A stretch of 64,000 nt of DNA from Candidatus Woesearchaeota archaeon (lineage in GTDB: Archaea; Nanobdellota; Nanobdellia; Woesearchaeales; SKGA01): NCBI GenBank assembly GCA_046546105.1, contig JBKGYN010000003.1, positions 2,178 to 66,177 on the forward strand. Direction: 5' to 3'. Below are positions 57,428-64,000 of this stretch, in pieces; the stretch's first letter is position 1; every line of letters begins with the position of its first letter. The notes under the pieces are model-generated. The model was not told the origin of the DNA. It saw only the letters and a program-made list of their open reading frames with translations, and ran no database searches. The position numbers and the translations under genes are program-made.

Positions 57428-57871
57428 TCAGTCTAGCTTATCACCGGGATTAGGACAACTGTTCTCGATACAGTCTTGTATTTTGCTCTCCATCTCTTGA
57501 CCCATGGAATCACTAAAGCCGACCCAGTGCTCTTCACCTATGAAGGTCGTTGGAACGCCACTAGCCCGGATTCCGTAAGCTTGTGCAACTTCTTGGAATA
57601 GGTTCCTGTTCTCACGATCATTCCACGTCTCAAACATTTTCACTTCAAGATCGTCACCATATTTTTGGTCCAATTCTTCAAGGAAAGGCTTCTCGTCAGA
57701 ACAATGTGGACATCCTTCTCCCCAGAAGAAATACACGACTACCTTATCAGCATCATCACTTTTATTCTCAACGGCTTTTCCTGCAGGAGTTTCTGGATTA
57801 TCTGTTGAACACCCAGCAAGCATCATCACTGCAAATAATAGTATCATCACATAAATCATTGTAGTTCTCAT
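57428..57871 (-). CDS. Thioredoxin-fold lipoprotein (CPHC active site; TlpA/ResA-like)
   Basis: Signal peptide plus lipobox MLAGCS; VVVYFFWGEGCPHCSDEKPFLEEL is a Trx-fold CxxC motif. Confidence 0.65.
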   Translation of the reverse strand: MRTTMIYVMILLFAVMMLAGCSTDNPETPAGKAVENKSDDADKVVVYFFWGEGCPHCSDEKPFLEELDQKYGDDLEVKMFETWNDRENRNLFQEVAQAYGIRASGVPTTFIGEEHWVGFSDSMGQEMESKIQDCIENSCPNPGDKLD

Positions 57872-57890
57872 AATATTTCACCATAGATCA

Positions 57891-58277
57891 TTAATCATTA
57901 TACGTTTTATAGAACTCTTTTGCCTCATCAGCACCCATTAAGCCTTCAACTTCCGAAGGATCGTCGAGCTTGATCTTTGCAATCCAGTTCTTGTACGGTT
58001 CCTTGTTGATTTCAGAGGGATCATCGAACAGCGAATCGTTCACTTCAATAATCTCCCCGGAGACCGGGCTTGAGAGATGCCCTGACCATTTTAGAGCTTC
58101 TACTGAAACATACGTATCACCTTGCTTTATTTTCTTCCCTTTTTCAGGGAGCATTATGAAGACGAATTCCTTGACTTTTTTCGCGGCAGGCCCTATAACA
58201 CCAAGAGTGGCCGTATCGCCTTCAACCTTGACCCACGTGTAATCCTTGTTGTATTTCAGCTCAGTTGGGAAGTCCAT
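57891..58277 (-). CDS. gcvH: Glycine-cleavage-H-like lipoyl carrier protein
   Basis: 128 aa; hybrid-barrel hallmarks YTWVKVEGDTATLGV and VEALKWSGHLSSPVSGEI, with the lipoyl-Lys in VEALK. Confidence 0.7.
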   Translation of the reverse strand: MDFPTELKYNKDYTWVKVEGDTATLGVIGPAAKKVKEFVFIMLPEKGKKIKQGDTYVSVEALKWSGHLSSPVSGEIIEVNDSLFDDPSEINKEPYKNWIAKIKLDDPSEVEGLMGADEAKEFYKTYND

Positions 58278-59733
58278 TGGTATCCTCCTCTTTGTTTTTT
58301 GGATCTTCAGTATTTTTGTTCTTATTATTATGGTGGTTCACTTGAGATTCTATGTCGCTATCTTTCTTAACCTTTCGAGCTCCAGTACGCTTGTTATTCC
58401 TCACATCATTCTTCCCAAGTTTTTCGGAACCTATATAGATTCCGAATCTCGGAAGCACCTTCCTATGAATCCATATGACAAGTATTGAAGCTGCAATAGC
58501 TCCTCCAAATACCAAAAATGTCGTTCCAATACTATTCATAAGGTCGGGATCGACAAGCATTACGAAAGCAAGTGCCAACATTATCATTCCACCGACCATT
58601 TTCAAGATTCGACCATGTTTTTCTTCAAATCGTGTAGCTTTCATAGTAGTAATAGCAATCACTATTATGATGATCTCAATCAAAAGATAGATTATCATAT
58701 ATAGTAACAGATGCGTAAAGAATGCGAATCCTTGAATCTGTTGTTGAGCCATCATGTTAGTCCATATCAAAGGGAATCCTGCAGTACAAGGTAATTCGAC
58801 CAGAACCACACCTAGAGCTAGCAATGACGTCCCTATGATTGTAGAAGTAAATGATTTATCACTTCTCATCACATTCCGCATATTCTTGAAAATCTTGGGT
58901 TTGTATTTATCAGGAATCGTGAAAGAAACTCCTTTCTTATACCAGAAATAATCCTTGATATTCACAACCGCAAAGATAAACGCTATCGTTGCTACTATTA
59001 TCTGTATCACATTCAGATACCCAACATACTGGAAGACATTCAACAATCCTGCCATGAAAAGAGCATAAGCAGTACCGGTTACCAATAAAAACGTTCCTCC
59101 AACAACAAGTACTTTCTTTCTGGAATTAGAATAGATGACAATACCCAAGAGGAATGTTATCAACCACAATGAACATGGATTGAAACCATCGACAAAAGCT
59201 ATCAACCCTGTCATTACCGCCGAGGGCATAGCACCTACATTGACCTGTCCGATAAGTGGAATATTAACTATATCTTTTGATTCTGACTTGTAATCACCTT
59301 TGGGGAGAGAAGGTGTGACCCCATCTACTTTCTCTGCAGGGCAAGGACAACCGTCTTCTTGACAATCCTCTAGTAAAGAGTCGATGCTGTTTTTTATAGA
59401 ATCCTGCCCTATCAAATAATTATTACCGATAAATACGATAGGATAGCCGCCACTACGGACACCATAACTTTCTTTGAATGATTCATAGATATCTTTTTCT
59501 GACTCATTGGCGATATCATGATATGTCATATGGAGATTGTCATATTCAAGCCCGTCAAGGTACACCTCTATCTCAGAACAATCAGGACACTCCTCATCGA
59601 TAAATACGTGTAAGCACGTTCCTTCAGAAGTTGTTGCATTCGTTCCATCCTGTGCCATGACAGGAGCTACAATGGTAAGTAGCATCACCACCATCAACAA
59701 TACTTTCGCTGTTTGATCACCCTTGAATTTCAT
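58261..59733 (-). CDS. DsbD/CcdA-family transmembrane thiol-disulfide electron transporter with N-terminal CxxC Trx-like domain
   Basis: Signal peptide; N-domain CPDC and CPCP; TM core with the two DsbD-family Cys motifs FNPCSLWL and LPCTAGFPL; basic K/N-rich C-terminal tail. Confidence 0.7.
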   Translation of the reverse strand: MKFKGDQTAKVLLMVVMLLTIVAPVMAQDGTNATTSEGTCLHVFIDEECPDCSEIEVYLDGLEYDNLHMTYHDIANESEKDIYESFKESYGVRSGGYPIVFIGNNYLIGQDSIKNSIDSLLEDCQEDGCPCPAEKVDGVTPSLPKGDYKSESKDIVNIPLIGQVNVGAMPSAVMTGLIAFVDGFNPCSLWLITFLLGIVIYSNSRKKVLVVGGTFLLVTGTAYALFMAGLLNVFQYVGYLNVIQIIVATIAFIFAVVNIKDYFWYKKGVSFTIPDKYKPKIFKNMRNVMRSDKSFTSTIIGTSLLALGVVLVELPCTAGFPLIWTNMMAQQQIQGFAFFTHLLLYMIIYLLIEIIIIVIAITTMKATRFEEKHGRILKMVGGMIMLALAFVMLVDPDLMNSIGTTFLVFGGAIAASILVIWIHRKVLPRFGIYIGSEKLGKNDVRNNKRTGARKVKKDSDIESQVNHHNNKNKNTEDPKNKEEDTNGLPN

Positions 59734-59854
59734 TGATATAACCCCACTACCACACTAATGGTATTACCAGTGCAATTATGTTATACCCAATTTAGGAAGT
59801 GAAATCCTTTTTAAAGGTTTTTTTCAAAAAATGAAATGACCCTCTTCAATCATT

Positions 59855-60397
59855 TCATTGTATAAAAAGCTCTTTGAACGAATCGTTGAGAATCACTTTG
59901 TTCGTCATCCCATTCTTTTCTTTACGCACGACACCTTTGGATTCAAGATTCGCAAGCTTCCTGTGGAGTTTGACAGCATTAATTCCTGTCACATCTGCCA
60001 GATTACTCTGAGTGATTTCTCCTCCATCTCTGATTAGAGCCAAAACGATCACTTTATTATCATGTTCGAGAAAATCCAAGGTGTGTTCAATATTCCCGAG
60101 AATTTGTTGTTTCTCTTTAGAATAGGATTTTGATAAGAAATAGTAAGTCAAAATACCAACAAATACTCCTAACGATGTCAGTACGGCGATAATGATAGGC
60201 AGAGTTACCTTGCAACTGCAAGCCAGACCATAATTATCATTGATGAAATAAATCGCTAATGAAACGACAAATATGAATCCGATCAATATAGCGACAGACA
60301 GCAGTATGCTGCGCAGATTGGAACCGTCTTGAGATTCATCTGTTCTTTTCAGCGAGTCTATAGTATTATCAAAAGACATTCCGAATAAAAAAACCAT
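59855..60397 (-). CDS. Membrane-anchored winged-helix transcriptional regulator
   Basis: Two TM helices followed by an MarR/ArsR-like wHTH (LALIRDGGEITQSNLADVTGINAVKLHRKLANLESKGVV). Confidence 0.5.
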   Translation of the reverse strand: MVFLFGMSFDNTIDSLKRTDESQDGSNLRSILLSVAILIGFIFVVSLAIYFINDNYGLACSCKVTLPIIIAVLTSLGVFVGILTYYFLSKSYSKEKQQILGNIEHTLDFLEHDNKVIVLALIRDGGEITQSNLADVTGINAVKLHRKLANLESKGVVRKEKNGMTNKVILNDSFKELFIQ

Positions 60398-60624
60398 AAA
60401 TTATTATTTAAATATATCGTATAACGATCCCTTATCACCATAACATATGAAAACCAATAACACCATCAAGATACAAAAACCTTAAAAACTACACAACCCA
60501 TAATCATAGCATATAGAGGTGAGCGACCATTCCATCACAACATACTTCTCATAAGCAAAAAGAAGAACAAGCGGCTGCTAAGAATGAAGAAGAGCACAAA
60601 CTTATCAAACAGCTCGCTCATCGG

Positions 60625-60933
60625 ATGAACAACTTGCAGAAAGAGGATCTTGAGCTTCATAATACTGTCGAGAAACAGCATAAGACCATCGGCGAGAAAA
60701 GAGTGAAGTTCCAGGAAAAGATTCAATTTGCACGCAATGAACTCAAAGAACTTAATGAAGAGTGTGACTTGCTGCACAAATCGATATTTTCGCTCGGAGA
60801 TCGACTCAAGCGAAAGGTGAGCTCTAAAGAATTCGAAGCCCTCAAGGAAGTAGTCGATAACTGGAATCTGGAAGGCTTCATGCACCACAGGGAGCTTGAG
60901 AAGACTTGGCAAAAATATGCCGATAATAAATAG
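60625..60933 (+). CDS. Hypothetical coiled-coil protein
   Basis: 102-aa K/E-rich ORF; the antisense ORF 60535..60912 is L/F-rich and judged spurious. Confidence 0.35.
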   Translation: MNNLQKEDLELHNTVEKQHKTIGEKRVKFQEKIQFARNELKELNEECDLLHKSIFSLGDRLKRKVSSKEFEALKEVVDNWNLEGFMHHRELEKTWQKYADNK

Positions 60934-60944
60934 AGAAAAGATTC

Positions 60945-61961
60945 TTATGAATTCTTCTTATCATACTTCATAGCTTCCTGCAGTGATAAACGTGCAGGTC
61001 TGATGTGTTTCGGTGAGGGAGTGTTCACCGAAAGCGATTGCAACCACAGACCCGGACGCAATACGATCTTGCCGAAACCTTTCGAATACAATGCTCCGAA
61101 GCGTTGCAGCTCATAAGATATCCCGGCTATGAACGGCACAAGTGCAAGCCGGAGTCCGAAGTTGATCAGAAAAGGCAAGTCTTTCGGTATGAACAGATAG
61201 ACCAGGATACTCATGAACAACACGAGGAACATGAACGTGGTTCCGCAGCGAAGGTGTTCTTGCGAGTGTTTGGAGATATTTCTTACGCTAAGTTTCTCGC
61301 CCGCTTCCATACAGTTGATTGTCTTGTGCTCGCCGCCATGATACCGGAATAATTCCTTGATGTCAGGTAGTCGACCGACGATGACCATGTAGAGGATGAA
61401 AATCCCTCCTTTGAACACACCATCAACAATATTGAACACCATGTCTGAAACATTGAAGAGCGAATCAACACTTTTCGCCGCCAATAACGGCAGGAACTTG
61501 AACAACCCTATAGCGAATACGATACCAACCGCCACTGATCCCCAGATGAGGAGTTGGTCTCCCAAGGATGAATCCGGATCATCATCAGACTCCTTCGACA
61601 TCTTGTCCTTTGAACCGTTTTCTTCTCGTTGCTTCTTGTTCTCTTCTTCAAGAGCGACTTCTGATGAATAAGTGAGTGACTTGTAACCGATGGAGAACGT
61701 CTCGATGAGAACGATCATCCCCCTGATAATAGGAATCCGAAGTGACTTGTAACGTTTGGTCAGCGATCGGTGCGGCTTGAGTTGTCGTTTGTATCCTTCA
61801 GAAGTTCGCACTGTCGTGACATAGCAGTGTGTCCCTTTCATCATGACCCCTTCCATGACCGCTTGACCGCCATAGACTGGTCTTGACGCTGAGAGCACGA
61901 CGAGCATGAGCGCTATCTTGAGTCGTGTAAAGAATTGTTTGAATGTCTTGTAAAATGTCAT
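60945..61961 (-). CDS. DUF1385-family membrane protein
   Basis: GGQAVMEGVMM and LFRYHGGEHKTINCMEAGEKLSVRNISKHSQEHLRCGTTF match the DUF1385 (YqhQ-like) signature YHGAEHK...HPRCGT. Confidence 0.6.
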   Translation of the reverse strand: MTFYKTFKQFFTRLKIALMLVVLSASRPVYGGQAVMEGVMMKGTHCYVTTVRTSEGYKRQLKPHRSLTKRYKSLRIPIIRGMIVLIETFSIGYKSLTYSSEVALEEENKKQREENGSKDKMSKESDDDPDSSLGDQLLIWGSVAVGIVFAIGLFKFLPLLAAKSVDSLFNVSDMVFNIVDGVFKGGIFILYMVIVGRLPDIKELFRYHGGEHKTINCMEAGEKLSVRNISKHSQEHLRCGTTFMFLVLFMSILVYLFIPKDLPFLINFGLRLALVPFIAGISYELQRFGALYSKGFGKIVLRPGLWLQSLSVNTPSPKHIRPARLSLQEAMKYDKKNS

Positions 61962-62026
61962 TGTGAGTTAAGAAGACAAAAATCCCGGTTGATTTATTAA
62001 TGTTGGGGAGAAGATCATCACTTTAT

Positions 62027-62422
62027 TCACTGTCTGAAATTCCAGTTATCCTTACGGCATTGCACTTCACGGTCCACTGATTCCATGAAGCGATATAGTG
62101 TCGCCTTGAGTTCTTCAAGTTGCTTCTCGAGAAGCGTGTAAACATCGTTCTCTATGAAATGCAGATCCTTTGCCAATAGCAAGAGCACTTCGACTTCCCG
62201 GCACGATCCGTAGCTGTATTGCAGATGGTTGAAGAACACCTTGTTCGATCTATTGGACGCCCCCTCCACGATGTTGAGGACGATGCTTGTCGCTGCCCGT
62301 TGCAGTTGCGAGTACATGTTGCGAAGTTCCGTTTCCGGAAAAGAAGGCAGTACTCCGTAGACTTCCAGAACGAACCTATAACTCAAATCATAAATTTTTA
62401 GTTTCTTGAAATTCCGCCCCAT
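62027..62422 (-). CDS. Four-helix-bundle protein (23S rRNA intervening-sequence protein family, TIGR02436; Avd-like)
   Basis: MGRNFKKLKIYDLSYRFVLEVYGV...YSQLQRAATSIVLNIVEGASNRSNKVFFNHLQYSYGSCREVEVLL matches the family pattern (l.vy..a..L...vy..t..fP..E.y.L.dQlrRAa.Si..NIAEG..r.s.kef..fl.ia.GS..E); start set at the internal Met (the ORF track extends 109 codons further into purine-rich low-complexity DNA). Confidence 0.7.
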   Translation of the reverse strand: MGRNFKKLKIYDLSYRFVLEVYGVLPSFPETELRNMYSQLQRAATSIVLNIVEGASNRSNKVFFNHLQYSYGSCREVEVLLLLAKDLHFIENDVYTLLEKQLEELKATLYRFMESVDREVQCRKDNWNFRQ

Positions 62423-62794
62423 GATAAAAGCAGATATACTGCGGCAGTTAAAAACAGTTTCTCGAAGAAATTCGGAAAGCTTCCGGATGAACGACCATAA
62501 GAAAGCAGCCAAGTGAAAAAAAAGAGTGAGAAGAATATCGATCGTGAGCTTGAATAGCAGCGATACACAAGCAGTTTGTTTGAATGATGAGAGGAAGGCA
62601 AAAAAGGAAAGAAGAGACGAGAGTAAAAAAGACAAGAGGAAAGTGAAACACAGTCTTCCGTCTATCCGGTTGATTCTACTTGTAAGAAAAGTGAACACAG
62701 AAAAAGTCTGAACGATGAGAAAAGAGAAGGGAAAAAATGATACCCGCACAAAGGAAAGAAGATTATGTAATCAGAACACCAAATGTTGAATACA

Positions 62795-64000
62795 AAGACG
62801 AACTATTAGTAACCGCGGGCTGAACGTCTCGTTGCCTCGACGCTTACACCCCAGTCCTATCAACCCCGTCTTCTACGGGGGTTCTGGGTCTCTTTTCGAG
62901 GGGAGTTTCGTGCTTAGATGCTTTCAGCACTTACCTCGTGAAGCGTAGCTGCTCGACATGCCCTGTCGGACAATCGATCACCAGAGGCTCCGAATCATCG
63001 TTCCTCTCGTACTAAATGATCCTTCCTCTCAGACCCGTTAACAATTCCAGTAGATATCAAACAAACTGCTTCACAGCGTTCTGAACCCAGCTCACGATTC
63101 CTTTTAATGGGTGAACACCCCCACCCTTGGCCGCTTCTACACAGCCAGGATAGGAAGAGCCGACATCGATGTAGCAAACCGCGCCGTCGATAGGGGCTCT
63201 CGGGCGCGACAACTCTGTTATCCCCGGAGTAACTTTTCAGTCACGCCTACCGCCCAGTCAAGGACAAGTAGGAGATCGCTAGACCAAACTTTCGTTACTG
63301 GACTCGATTGTGGTACGATTCCAGTTAGGCTGGCTTTTATTCTTGCACTCTACACCGGATTTCTGACCCGGTTGAGCCAACCTTTGGGCGCCATTGATAT
63401 CTTTTCAACGGCGTGCCACCCCAGCCAAACTGTCCACCAGCAGCTGTCCCGACATGTCGGTTAGCGGCGCGAAACTCAAAGAATGGTGTTACATTGGCGC
63501 CTCCACAAGATCTGGCGACCTTGCTTCGAAGGCTCCCATTTACGCTATACAATGAGTTTCCCGTCACAACAACTGGCTACAGTAAAGTTTCACGGGGTCT
63601 TCGCTTCCCACTGGAATTCTCTGGCCTTTGCACCAGAAAAGAGTGTTCGGAGGGTTCTAGTTAGGGACAGCGGTAATCTCGTTACGCCATTCATGCAGGC
63701 CGTCAATCAAACGGCAAGGCGTTTCGCTACCTTAAGAGAGTTATAGTTACCCCCGCCGTTTACCAGCTCTTAGCTCCCTTGAAAAGGAGTTTGAAGTGCA
63801 GGCACTGGGCAGACGTCACCGACTATACACACCATTACTGGCTTGCAGTCAGTTAAGTTTTTGTTAAACAGTCGGACTACCTTTGTCATCAAACCCTACG
63901 ATTGCATCCATACGAACACAAAAGTAGGGACCCCTTATACCGAAGGTACAGGGCCAATATTGCTGAATTCCCTTAACTTAGATTTTCCCTTCACACCTTA
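62795..64000 (-). rRNA. rrl: 23S ribosomal RNA, 3' ~1.2 kb (continues beyond window end)
   Basis: Reverse complement contains universally conserved 23S domain V/VI strings (AAAAGTTACTCCGGGGATAACAG; GTAACTATAACTCTCTTAAGGTAGCGAAA; GCTGAAAGCATCTAAGCACGAAA) and a 3' terminus ...CGGTTACTAATAG near 62795. Confidence 0.9.

Noticed and set aside
60535-60912. 125-aa minus-strand ORF
   Set aside because: L/F-rich low-complexity shadow of the plus-strand coiled-coil ORF.
62423-62749. N-terminal 109-codon extension of the four-helix-bundle ORF
   Set aside because: The extension is translated from purine-run low-complexity DNA (F/L/S-rich); the family-typical start MGRNFKKLKIYDL is the internal Met.
62423-62795. 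Search for a 5S rRNA between the four-helix-bundle gene and the 23S 3' end
   Set aside because: The spacer is purine-rich on the plus strand with no 5S-like helices or conserved loop motifs; 5S is presumably elsewhere.
1-64000. CRISPR arrays, transposases or integrases
   Set aside because: No regularly spaced direct repeats; no transposase- or integrase-like ORFs; the only tRNA (Pro) has no adjacent integrase or direct-repeat att-like duplication.

Overview
Archaeal chromosomal segment of about 64 kb with moderate GC (roughly mid-40s %, judged by eye) and a strikingly acidic, D/E-rich predicted proteome, which suggests a salt-in halophile such as a nanohaloarchaeon. Coding density is high and many genes overlap by a few nucleotides. 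Archaeal/eukaryotic-type markers are clear: Orc1/Cdc6, GINS, ribosomal proteins eL43 (L37ae) and eL37 (L37e), RpoP, LSm, prefoldin beta, Kae1, Pcc1-like, archaeal-type TrpRS, a tRNA-Pro(UGG), and the 3' ~1.2 kb of a 23S rRNA on the minus strand at the window end. Housekeeping genes include pyrG, trxB plus thioredoxin, bacterial-type mutS-mutL, a MiaB-like methylthiotransferase, PGI/PMI, TatD, RtcA, a U32 peptidase, acylphosphatase, a MazG-like enzyme and a MutY-like glycosylase. Two loci stand out as candidate undescribed systems. The first (54.5-59.7 kb) is a tightly packed minus-strand operon: DsbD/CcdA-type membrane thiol-disulfide transporter with a CxxC N-domain, a stand-alone GcvH-like lipoyl carrier, a Trx-fold CPHC lipoprotein, a single-Cys NADH-oxidase/CoA-disulfide-reductase-type flavoprotein, an LplA-like lipoate ligase, and a lipoprotein. 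No other glycine-cleavage or 2-oxoacid dehydrogenase genes are present, so it looks like a lipoyl-carrier-based redox relay to the cell exterior. The second (11.8-17.6 kb) contains a YhfX-like PLP amino-acid racemase, three ATP-grasp ligases (one Ddl-like, two GshB/RimK-like) and an S66 LD-carboxypeptidase, consistent with synthesis and trimming of a D-amino-acid-containing peptide or poly-amino acid. Other notable points: a replication module (GINS / small basic ORF / Orc1-Cdc6) with a candidate origin; two small genes missed by the ORF track (RpoP, L37e); a structured hairpin-rich ~300 nt non-coding region; two AT-rich islands, one carrying a guanylate-kinase-like protein with a degenerate P-loop plus a minimal nucleotidyltransferase; an 836-aa acidic repeat protein; and a four-helix-bundle (23S-IVS/Avd-like) protein gene directly 3' of the 23S rRNA. 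No CRISPR array, transposase or integrase was seen.
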